From NCBI GenBank assembly GCA_964016885.1, contig CAXHJY010001553.1, positions 1 to 63,269 of the forward strand: a stretch of 63,269 nt of DNA, read 5' to 3'. This document shows, in pieces, positions 44,165-56,073 of this stretch. The stretch's first letter is position 1. Each line of letters opens with the position of its first letter. This stretch comes from Eledone cirrhosa. Its lineage: Eukaryota. Made by a program: the position numbers and the translations under genes. Under the pieces are notes generated by a model. It made no database searches. It was not told the origin of the DNA and saw only the letters and a list, made by a program, of their open reading frames with translations.

Positions 44165-45490
44165 ATTTATCTATCCCAGAAATACAGAGTGGTTTTAGAG
44201 GCGGAAGGGGAACAGTTGACATGATTTTCTCTGTAAGATAAATAAATTTAAAAAAAAAAAAAAAAAAATGCATTGGATAGCGTGTCCCTCTATATCAAGT
44301 CTTTGTCGACCTAGCACAAGCTTTGACATGATTAACTGAGATAGGATGTCCACCCAGGTTTGAGAGTATTCTAAAGCAGCTGCACAGTTACCTTCAATGG
44401 TCAACTATCTGGGGAAATCCCAATTGACAACGGGTTAAAGAAAAAGTGATATTCCTGCACTTTCGCTTGTTTCCATCCTCTTTGCTACCTTTCTCACACA
44501 TACTTTCCATGATTGTGACAAAGGCATTCTCTTACGATTCAGAACTACTGGAAATGTTTTCAATTTAAGAAGGTTTCATACCGAAACAAAAGCTTTTGAA
44601 GCTTTGATCAGAGACCTTCTTTACGCCGATGACATTGACTTTCTAGCATACACAGAAGCTGTCATGCAACGCATTATGTATTGTTTCTCATCCTCGTGTA
44701 CAGCAGTTGGGCTTACAATCAGCCTTAAAAAGAGTAAAGTAATGTTTACCCACTGCTCCTGGAGAACCATTTACTGAACCTAGTATCATGGTTGGTGGAC
44801 CCAGGTTGGGAGTAGTAGATCAATTTGTCTACTTGGGTAATACACTGTCAAATGATGCTTCCTTGGATGCTGAAATACATCTGCGCATCCAGAACGCCAA
44901 TTTCGGATAATTGGAAAAGAGAGTTTGGGCTAATCGCAACATTATGAACAATACCAAGTTGTGTGTGTATAGATCATGTGTTCTATCTGCGCTTTTAAAC
45001 TCCCCCGAAACATGGACGCTAGTCCGTAAACATATCAAATTGCTTGAGCGTTTTCAGCAGAAATGTCCAAGTTGCATGTTCAACATTAAGTCGCAAGACG
45101 GAACATCTGACATCGATGTCCCCATCAAAGTGGAATGTACAAGCATTGAATCACTAGTAACATCATCTCAAATGCACAGGACAGGACATATTATCCGCAT
45201 GAAAGATAGCAGGATCCCAAAGCAACTGTTTTATTGTGAGCTCCATCATGGAAAAAGGCCTCAATACAAACCGAAAATGAGGTACAAGGACAGCAACAAG
45301 AACAACCTCAAAGACTAGGAGGAGATAGTTCCAAATAGGGCTGAGTGGAGAAAGTGTATTAAGGGCAGTTGCAAATTGTTTGAAGAATGTCGCCTAGAAC
45401 ATAAACAGCTGAAGAGTCAGCTCCGAAAGGGTTATACTCACGTCTTTAAAAACAATTTATTTTACTATATACCCTGTCATGTTTGACGGA
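44165..45490 (+). mobile_element. Decayed RTE-clade LINE fragment
   Basis: RDLLYADD, FVYLGNTLS, ETWT, GHIIRMKDSRIPKQLFYCEL..GKR motifs with stops and frameshifts. Confidence 0.85.
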
Positions 45491-45569
45491 TGATATGCTT
45501 ATACACACACACATACACATACGTGCGCACACACACACATATGCACACAAACACATACATAAACTTAGA

Positions 45570-46100
45570 CTCTCCTGCGTCTTGATGCACGAGGCAGCAA
45601 AAGTGCTTCAATGACCACGGTCAGTTGCATCTATCAATACATTTTTCCAAATTTTGTTAACGGGTTTCAGGTCTCTGTCGACTGCCTGCCACCAGTTCAT
45701 CTTGGGGCATCCTCTTTGCTTTTTTCTTTGGGGGTTCCAATACACGATCTGATTATTATATCTCTAACCTAGGAGTCGTGTGACGTGTCCCAACCAACCA
45801 AGTCGATGCTTGCACATGTTAGACACACTTTGTTGGTGGGTTCGTTGACGGACTTCTTTGTTGGTGATGAAGTCATCTCACTTGATGTCAAGGATTTTTC
45901 GTACCCATTTGGTGTAAAAAAAAAAGTTGAATTGGTTCTCTTGACTGGGCTTCACATTTTACGTTTCGCACCCATACAGGAGCGTTGAAAGCACCCTGCT
46001 GTTGTAAAATCTCATCTTGGTACCAAGCGAAAGGTTTTTGCTTCTCCAGATTTTGTTGAGTTGTTTAAAGGCAGTCAAATCTTTGCCTAATCTGCAAAAT
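45570..46100 (-). mobile_element. Decayed RTE-like LINE 3' fragment
   Basis: AFKQLNKIWRSKNLSLGTKMRFYNSRVLSTLLYGCET. Confidence 0.75.
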
Positions 46101-46265
46101 TTGTTATTATTATTATCATCATCATCATCTCTCTCATATATATATATATATATATAGATACTCATCATCCCAGTTTTATATACTACATATGACTCTCATA
46201 TATATATATATATATAACACGCAAAAAATAGATTACCACGGTTTAACAATTAATACATTATTTAT

Positions 46266-46335
46266 TTGATTTACACACGTTTCATTCTAATGGGTGTTAT
46301 TTTCAATACCTTTCTAGTGAAATCATCAGAATCAA
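46266..46335 (-). ncRNA. Type I hammerhead ribozyme-like motif
   Basis: UUGAUU-CUGAUGA-(39-nt imperfect stem II)-GAAA-CGUGUGU-A-AAUCAA; perfect 6-bp stem I. Confidence 0.55.
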
Positions 46336-46349
46336 TTATATATCTTTAA

Positions 46350-46560
46350 TAATGGTTTCTACTATAGGCACAAGGCCAGTAATTTGGGGGAAGGGGGAAG
46401 TCGATTAAATCGACCCCAGTGCATTACTGGTGCTTTATTTCATTGACCCCGTAAGGATGAAAGGCAAAGCTAACCTCAGTGGGATTTGAAATCAGAACGT
46501 AAAGGTCCATAACTCTATGCCGCAGAGCATAGTGTCTGACGCTCTACCGATACTGCCAAC
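46350..46560 (-). mobile_element. tRNA-derived SINE (Meta-domain-like)
   Basis: Reverse-complement match to 43072-43262. Confidence 0.8.
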
Positions 46561-47115
46561 TAACTAGAAATGTAAATAATTCAAAATGAAAATATAATAT
46601 AAACATAACCAGCTTATATATTACAGCTTCGATGTTTACATGTATAAAGACAGCTATTATGCAGAATTAAAATAAAGATACTTAATTTCTATAGTTTTAC
46701 AGATGGAATAAATACGGAGATGCGGTGCATCATCATCATCATCGTTTAACGTCTATCCTCCACTCTAGCATGGGTTAGACGGGAATTGTCCCACTTGAGG
46801 CAAGATTGATCCAGTGACCGTGTCTCACTCGTATAGGACTGTATCTGGCGGGCTTTCTACGGCTGCATGACCTTCCTAACACCAACACATTTACAGTGTG
46901 GACTGGGAGCCTTTTTACCTTGTCTCCTACACAACCTCTTTACAGTGTGGACTGGGTGCTTTATCGCATATTATAATAATTTTGGGGCGAAAACATGCCA
47001 GGAGATTTCAGTGGAAGAATGCTGCAGCGAAGGAGAACTGAATTGTCAAGAGATGGTTTCCTCAACAGATGAAGGAATGCAACAACTGCAGGGAAGCTAT
47101 GGTGGAGAAAACATA

Positions 47116-47193
47116 TTCAACCATAGAAAAATGAAAGTAAAATAATAGTAATGATCATTACTATTATTTTACTTTCATTTTTCTATGGTTGAA
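47116..47193. repeat. Perfect 78-bp palindrome centred on TGATCA
   Basis: Arms are exact reverse complements with no spacer. Confidence 0.9.
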
Positions 47194-47558
47194 AATGTCG
47201 ATTTTTGCTGCTTACATGGGTTAGACGGGTTGTCAAGCAGAGAATACAGGTGACCATGTCTTGTTCATACAATCCAAATTTAGGTTAGTTTTCTATGGCT
47301 GGTTGCTCTTATTGAAGGGATGTTCTTCATTCAAGTTACAGAAGATGCCTGCTGTAACTCAAATGAACAACATTCCCTCGATGGTGGGTATATCAAAAAC
47401 TCCAACAAAACATTTACAGCACCTCTCTGACATCAATGTATTATATAAGGACATTTTACTGCTTTTAAAATGTACATAACAGATGTGATGTGAGACAAAA
47501 TAAATTGAAGTTGAATATGTAAAACCATCTCTCTTCTTTCTTAATATATATTGTATAC

Positions 47559-47925
47559 AGAGAGAGAGAGAGTGAGAGGGAGGTGAGGTGAGTGAGAGGG
47601 AGGTGAATGAGAGGGGTGAGTGGGAGAGCGAGTGAGGTGAGTGGGAGAGTGAGGTGAGTGGGAGAGTGAGTGAGTGGGAGAGTGAGTGAGTGGGAGAGTG
47701 AGTGGGAGAGAGAATGGGAGAGAGAATGTGAGAGAGGGTGGGAGAGAGAATGGGAGAGAGAGAGTGGGAGTGGGAGAGAGAGAAGGAGAAGAGAGAGAGG
47801 GGGGAGAGGAAGGGGGGAAAGAGGGAGGGGAGATGGTGAGAGGGGTAAGGATGGATGGAGGAGGGGTAGGGAGGGATGGAGGAGGAGAGGGAGGAGAGGG
47901 AGGAGCAGGGAGGAGCAGGGAGATA
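47559..47925. repeat. Polypurine (GA/GGA/GAGT) low-complexity tract
   Basis: About 360 bp of nearly pure G/A on the + strand. Confidence 0.9.
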
Positions 47926-48169
47926 GACAATAAACAATACAGTTGACTAGGAATGCATTTTAAGACATTTAGAATGCCTCACCTTTTTTCTCTTGCATTT
48001 GTGATCCATGAATTCTAAATGAAAAGTTTAGAATGTTTTTGTGAGATCATAGTGCTTGTGTGATGGATAGATAAAAAATACAGTGCAATCATCAAGGTAG
48101 AGATTTATAAAAACACAATATTCATCAAGAATAATAATATAATGCCATTTTGTTGTACAGATGTTACAA

Positions 48170-48185
48170 TTTATTAAAATTTATT
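48170..48185 (-). terminator. Candidate polyadenylation signals of the oxidase gene
   Basis: Two AATAAA on the minus strand (48170-48175, 48180-48185), ~290 nt after the stop codon. Confidence 0.4.
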
Positions 48186-48469
48186 TGGTTTCATTGTGCA
48201 AGGAAAATTCTAGAAGTCTCCAAAGGCTAATTTTTTAGTGGAATCAAGATTTCAATGTTCAAATGTGCAAATTTCAAGATGGAAAATTAATCTTTTCAAT
48301 CCTGTGATGACTAGTGACTTCCTAATTAATTATCTGTAGATAGCTGAATGGTTGAGAAGTTTGCTTTGAAATCCTAACAGCTCTAGTATATATATATAAC
48401 CCCAGGTTGGAGACGACTGGTCTAATCTCTCAGTGTAAGTGTTATCTCACCACAATAAATATCAACCTT

Positions 48470-48589
48470 TTAGAGTTTAGCACTGAGCCATTGTGTTGAA
48501 CCAGCTTCTCTTATCATGGACACAACATCTTTTGCACATCCAACAAATGTTGTCAAACCACAGCCACCATGACCATAGTTGTTGAGGAG
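48470..48589 (-). CDS. DAO: DAO/DDO terminal exon (120 nt)
   Basis: LLNNYGHGGCGLTTFVGCAKDVVSMIREAGSTQWLSAKL*; NYGHGG motif, PTS1 tripeptide AKL, acceptor TTTTAG. Confidence 0.93.
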   Translation of the reverse strand, partial: LLNNYGHGGCGLTTFVGCAKDVVSMIREAGSTQWLSAKL

Positions 48590-49637
48590 CTAAAATTAAA
48601 ATATATATATATATAGGTGGGTGGAAAGAAAATCCTTATGGAAAATTACATATAATGTTTGGCCTACTGTGACACCAATGACCTCATATTCATGCAAAAT
48701 GAGGCCCCTCCTCATTTTGCAGTTTACTCAGCTGTAGAAATGAGATGGTAGGGACTGGGATCCATATCATTCCAAAGTGGTCGTGGAGGTGCCACAGCAA
48801 AAAAGCACCCACCACTCACTCTAAATGAAGTTGGTGTTAGGAAGGACACCCAGCTATAGAAATCAAGCCAGAATCAGTTCCCGTCCCACCCTTGCAAGCA
48901 GGGAAAAGCAGACGTAAAATGATGATGATGTGAGTGGCTAGATATTCAACTTCCAGAATGTTGGCTAGGTCATAAGAGGTCCACGTGAATGACCAGCAAG
49001 AAGCCCTGACTTAATACCATGTGATTTTTTCTAGTTGAGGTAGGCGAAGGAAGGAGCTTATAGCATAAAACCAAAATCTCTAATTCAATTGGAGGAATGC
49101 ATTTATAATAATGAAATTATTGTGTAAAGTGCTCAGGTGCACTACAACTCCTCAAAGGTGCATGTATAGTACATAGAATAATATACAAATGTCAGGGAAG
49201 TGAATAGTGTATGAGTCATGATATACATGTGTGTATGTGTATGGAGGGAGAATATTAGGTGTAGTGTTAGCGAATTTCAGGAAGTATGGAGGTTTTAAAG
49301 GATGCAGTGTTTTGACAACTAATAACTAATGCAGGCAGTTTGTTCCATGCTTCAGCAACTCTGAGCATGAAAAAATGTTTCCGAAAATCGTGTACTGCCT
49401 GAATTCCTGATGAAGTCAGCCAAGTATATTCTCAAACATTGGTGGTGAACAACACTGGTGCCTATGTAGAATGTTAACACTGTACTACACTTAAATCATT
49501 ATACTGTTTAAAATTAAATATATTTTAAGAAAATCAACCAATAATTAATAAAGTTACTAACAATTTTAAATAAGGAGTCTCTTTCCACCCACCCTGTGTG
49601 GTGTGTGCGTGTGCGTGTGCGTGTGCGTGTGCGTGCG

Positions 49638-49710
<73 letters not shown>

Positions 49711-50011
49711 GGTTAAGGCACATGGCTTTGTGGTTAGGGTGTTCAGCTCACAGCCGTAAGGTCATGAGTTCGATTTACGGTGACGCATTGTGTCCTTGAG
49801 CAAGGCACTTTATTTCAGATTGCTCCAGTCCACTCAGGTGGTAAAAATGAGTTGTACCTGTAATTCAAAAGGCCAGCCTTGTCACGTTCTGTGTCATGCT
49901 GAATCTCCCGAGAACTATGTTAAGAGTACACATGTCAGCCACATTCACGAGAAGGCTGTTCCATTGATTGGATCAATTGGAACACTCATCGTCATAACCA
50001 ACGGAGTGTCA

Positions 50012-50069
<58 letters not shown>

Positions 50070-53000
50070 TCACCATAATCGTTTAACGTCCATCTTCCAC
50101 GCTAGCATGGGTTAGACGGTTTTGTTCTATTTGATGCGGGAATGGTTGGGAGACCATGTCTCGCTCACACGGAAGCGTCTCTGGCAGGATTCTTTTACAG
50201 CTGGATGCCCTTCCTAACACCAACCACATTTACAGTGTGAACTGGGAGCCTTTTCTCCATGTTTCCTACACGACCACTTTACAGTATGGACTGTTGTGTT
50301 ATCGACACAGTGGACAGAACGGGAGAGGGAGGATGGGGTAGGGTGTGGGTGTATATATATATATAATAAAGATTCCTATATTCTAACAATGTATTGAGTA
50401 CTTTTCTTAACTGTTGTTACCTCCAATATAATTCAGGAACCTACATATATATATATATATATAACAAAATGGAACATGACTTAGTTGTAGGTATCACAAT
50501 TTCACTAATAGTTATAGGTCCCCTTATAGTTATGAGTAGACATCCTCTCAACCTTCCTTTGATTCAGGGAAATGTCCAGAATGTGACACCTGGAAGGAGA
50601 GAGGACTACACCAGCACTAGACTGGTACTTTAGTTATTGCCTCTGAAAGGATGAAAAGCAAACTCGGCTCAAGTGGGATTTAAATTTAGAATGTAGATAC
50701 CTGGAACAAATATCTGATGCTCTAATGCAGTGATTTTCAACTAGTGTGCCGCGAAATTTTGAATGAGAAAAACCACGTGATCCCAATTGAGTATTCACAG
50801 TCTGTGGTGTAACATGTTGCACCACATAGCTTTGTTCATTTAGGGATGAGCGAAATGTTTCCAAATGTCGCAATGCTAAAAATTCTACATCTTTTATTGT
50901 TTTGTTCGTCATTAGTATTGATCATATGAATGGATATTGGTCAATACTTGTCTTTTCATATATATTTAGCCAGGTGTGCTGCTATTTTTTCACGTGTTCC
51001 AAGGTGTGCCGTTGGCAAAAAAAGGTTGAGAACCACTGCTCTAATGAGTGCTAAATAGATTGTCATACATATATATGTGGGTGGAGGGTGAAAAAGAGGA
51101 AAAGAAAAGATAAAAAACAAAAAAAGACAATAACGTAGATAACAGATCTTACCAGTACAGAACGGCCATTAAACATGACAGTTTCTTTGTCAAGACGTGT
51201 GTGTTCCCGGAATGGTCTCAATCCAACTTTTGTTTCTAGAATTTCTACATTCTGAGAGAAACAGCAACAAAAAGAAAGAGTAAAACAATATTTACAGTAT
51301 ATACCAGTAAATATTCATATAACTGGTAATAAGGCGCAATGGAATTGGCACAGAGAGGATATATTTTTGAACATCCTGATGTTTATACATTCAAGGCTTT
51401 ATGATATTCTACCATGCTTTTAGTGGAGACTTTCATAAACTAATAGGTGATGACAAAACTAAAAAGGTAGGCATTGAAAATAAAAACTAACATGAAATGA
51501 GATGATACGATATCTTCGTGTTGATATATAAGTTTATTTTATAACATATATCAACACGAACATATCGTGATGATTCTCACAAGGCTAGAATCCACAGCAA
51601 CAACACATTAACACTCAAGTGTTATTAGGAGAGATTTTAATGCATAATAGAGATAACACAAGATAAAATGAAATTTATAGCTCTCTATACAGGTTTAACT
51701 GGCCTTTAACAAAGTTGTATTTCTTGGGTGTTTTAATGGTAGTTCCAGTCCTTTCATGAAAACCAAAATAAAATTAAGTTTCTTGTTTGAGAGCACAATT
51801 CACTGCATTTAGGTACCTTCCAGAGATCCAGGCCACTTGGCACATACAAGTCAGCCAGAGAATACCTTCTCTATTTAAGGCTTTTAACAACTTGGGCCAG
51901 ATTTCATCTTCCTCAGCAGCTTTGCCACATTTGAACACTTGAACTGCTCTTGTGACCTCAGCCTCAGAGATTAGTCACCGCTCCCAGATGCACCTTGTGT
52001 GCATCAGAAAATGGTGTTGTGATCGGGTTTAGGAGATCAGCAAAGTATTCTCTCCACCTTGTGAGGATGCAGCTCTCTGAAGAGAGTAGAACCTCAGATG
52101 CGTTCTTATGATTGGGAGTTAAATACTGTTATTTGATCAATATACCTTAGATTTGAAATAATATAACTCAAGAAATACCACAAACAACATCCCAGCATAA
52201 GCCTCACCAAAAGCTCAGTGGAACCAGTTCCACCAACAAATATAATTAAGATTTTTCATAATTCAACATCACAATCACCAGTATAGACACTGTAGTACAT
52301 GCATTCAACAAAGAATTATTGACACTCCAATAACATATATCCCAAGGCAATATATATATTAAAATACAAATATTAATAAAATAGATGTTCTTTTTATCAA
52401 TTACATTTTATTATACATATTTCAGATGTACAACAGTACGTCCTCATCAGACAAAATATAATGATACATGACATACCCTGAAATGTTAAATGGTTAAGAT
52501 TTAATCAAGGTAGTGATAAAAAGAACATCTATTTTATTAATATTTGTATTTTAATATTAATAACTCTGGAAAATTATTTTCCATAGAGTGCTTCCAATCT
52601 ACTGTAAAACTCATTCTTTGATATACTCATTGAATATTGTTTAACTCTTTAATCATCATCATCATCATCACCGTTTTACGTCTGTTCTTCCACGCTAGCA
52701 TGGGTTAGATGGGTTGTCCTGTTGTGGGCAGTGTCTGGTCGGCTGACCATGCCTTGCTCATACAGGAACTGATTTGGCTTGATTTCTACAGCTGGATGCC
52801 CTTCCTAACACCAACCTCATTTACAGTGAGTGCTGGGTGCTTTTTTGTGGCACCTACACGTCCACTTTACAGTGTGGGCTGGGTGCTTTTTTTGCCGTGG
52901 CACCTCCACGACCACCTTGCGGTGGGGGGTGTGCGGGCATATTGTCTATATGCTTCAGCTTATACCCATGGGAGGTCGGGTACTCTGTATTACTGCATGA

Positions 53001-53689
53001 CGCCAGAGGTCACGGTCGTGTGTCATTGCCTTTGAGAGGTGTAATTGAGTAAGTTCGGCTTTTATCACCTCATCCCAGGTCATTTTGGGTCTCCCACTCC
53101 GCGGTTTCCATCGACTTCTAGTGCTCTGCACCTTTTTATGCAGCTGTCATCCTTCATACGCAACCGCCTCTCCTGCACACAGCATTTGATTCCTCTTATG
53201 CTCAGTCTCTCTCTCAATTCATTTATGCTTTGTCGTTCACGTATATTACTGTTACACATCCATCGGAGCATGCAGGCTTCGTTTCTCTCTAATCTACGTA
53301 AGTCTTCCACCTTCAGCGCCCAGGTCTCACTACCATGCAACATTGCTGTTCGGATACACGCATCATACAGTCTGCCTTTCATTCTGAGGGAGAAGCCTTT
53401 TGCAGCTAGCAGTGGTAGTAGTTCCCTAAACTTCTTCCATCCCGTTCTTACCCTAGTTATTGTACTTTCTGAACACCCACCTCCGCTATATATATATATA
53501 GAGGTAGAACACTGGAAGGTAATATGCATAGTGGTAGAGCACTCAGTCCATTGGACGAGTTTGGTAGAAGTAGTAACACAACAGTTAGTTCACCATACCG
53601 AGAACAAGTGTTTCACCTTATGCGGATCTTCAGCCGCATAAGGTGAAACAATTGTTCTCGGTATGGTGAACTAACTGTTGTGTTACTAC

Positions 53690-53723
<34 letters not shown>

Positions 53724-54815
53724 TAATACTTATTTGTTGTGCTCATACTTAGTTGTAGTGTGTGGGAGAGAAGACTACGATGGTATGGACATGTGATGCG
53801 CATGGAGGATGACCACTGGGTAAAGAAGTGCCAAGAAATCCCAGTAGAAGGAAGTCGTAGTAGAGGAAAACCAAGAAAAACATGAGTGTATGTGGTGAGA
53901 GCTGACCTCAGATTGCTGAAGCTCACAGAGGCGATGATGACAAGTGGAGAGGTGCTGTACTGAATAGGACCCCTCCCACCCTTGCAAGCAGGGAAAAGCG
54001 GACGTAAAATGATAACGATGATGATGAATATAAATATCGCAATAGCACTTCAAAAATTGTCAGCCTAGTAAAAACTATGGATGGCATACAACACAATATG
54101 CTAACAACATACATATGCACTAGTTAAGGAATAGGGCTGTCTGAAATACCAGAACAAACCTTTCATTACAACACACAAACTTATATTACAAAGCTACTTA
54201 TTATAATCACAAATAATGTTGCCAACTGGTCGTTGTTATATAAGTTAGTGGATCTCAAACTCTTTATTTGTTTAACATTATCAGCTAGTTATTACTATTG
54301 AAAAGGTTTCATCACAAATTGATCACAATAGGCACCTTCAATTGTATTAGGAATTTTTTCAATTCTCTCTTTCTTTGACACAAATGCCGACTATAACTAT
54401 TTTACTAGGATTCCAGCTATAAAGCAAATTGGTATAGTTGTTAGAGCAGAAGGAAGCATGATCTGAACTCAGAATGCACAGACCCAGATCAAATACCAAA
54501 GCATTTAATATGATATTCTAACAACTCTACATCAAAAGAAGAAATAAGAAACAAAAGCCAGTTTACTTTCAAACTAGGTACAAGTTTGGCACAGCCTTCC
54601 AATATATGCTTTTGGTCAACTTCATTTGGGGTTGTATCCCAATTACCCTTTTGTGCTGTTCCTCCTATAACAACAAAGTTCATCCTTGAAATAAAAAAAA
54701 ACAGATAAATAAAATATAAAATTAGATATTTTGTTCCAGATGAATGGTACATAGCAAAATGAAATGACAAATAATATGCTTCCTTGCATGCTGTATATGT
54801 GTGTGTGTAAGGATG

Positions 54816-54879
<64 letters not shown>

Positions 54880-56005
54880 GACAATAAGAATTGCAGCTTT
54901 TTGTAAACTTTATTACATATTAAAATTTGTTTCCATATCAATCAGCTTGGGTTTGATCATGTGATCCAAACTAGATGGGACCACCCATGTTAATTCTCAT
55001 CTTTGAAAAAGTGTTGTTTAAGAGTCAGGATTGGATCACATGATCAAACCCGAGCTGATTGATATGGAAACAAATTTTAATATGTAATAAAGTTTACAAA
55101 AAGCTGCAATTCTTATTGTCACTTTATATACACTCTGCAAACTACAGCCGTTTTAAACCTGGAGCACAGTAACAGCATCAAGTGCTTCTGCCAGCATTGC
55201 TTCTAGTAATTACAAGTTACCCACCTAATAACCTATGTATGTATATATATATCTGTATATATATAAAATTAAGTATGTGTGTGTGTCTGTGTATTACCTA
55301 TAGGGGCCTACATCTTACGACCGATTTTCATGAAACTTTACAGACTCATAGATTATTCATCGGGCAGTGTTTTCTATATATCAGCATATCGTTTTTTTTT
55401 TATTCCGGGGTCATTCTGCAGATAAAAATCGATAGGGGTGGTCACCTTTTTCTAGGTATCGAAAAATAACATTTTTGGCTCTAGTTCCCACATTTTGCCA
55501 CCGATTTCGTTCAAATTTTAAAGAAAAATAGAATTTATCATTGCACATCCTGTAATTGTTGTTCAGGGACGGCGTGGCAGCCGCTTAAATATTCAAAAAT
55601 ACCAAATTTCCACTTTTTCGGCTCTAGCTCCCACATTAATCAACCTACTTTGTTCAAAGTTTACACTACGCGAGATCTGATTATTTCACGTCTTTGGATT
55701 TTTTGTTCAGGAATGGCGTGGCAGCCGCTTAAATATTCGAAGATACCACCTTTTCGCTCAAATTTCCGCCTTTAGCTCCCACATTTTTCAACCGATTTCG
55801 TTCAAATTCGAAACTCCCTCCCCCAGCATGCACCTTCGTCAGTCACCCGCGTCTATCAGTGATAGAGGTCATCACCACCCTCCCCTGCATGGCCTGTGTG
55901 TGTGGCGATAGGATGAGTCATCGAGAAGCAGTCGCTAAGATCAACACCTTTTCATCAAAGCAGAAATTATTTTACCTACCCAGGCAATGCTGGGTACTGC
56001 TGCTA

Positions 56006-56073
<68 letters not shown>

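Noticed and set aside
47359-47946. Ser/Pro/Leu- or Gly/Glu/Arg-rich ORFs
   Set aside because: Products of the polypurine low-complexity tract.
49407-49430. CTGATGA as another hammerhead (also ~58696)
   Set aside because: No stem II/GAAA/stem I arrangement follows.
49717-49790. tRNA gene
   Set aside because: A/B boxes run into a SINE body and no clean cloverleaf is evident; treated as a SINE head.
54489-54941. 150-aa ORF as a standalone gene
   Set aside because: Only 54567-54684 is coding (oxidase exon); the rest is intron and (CA)n repeat.
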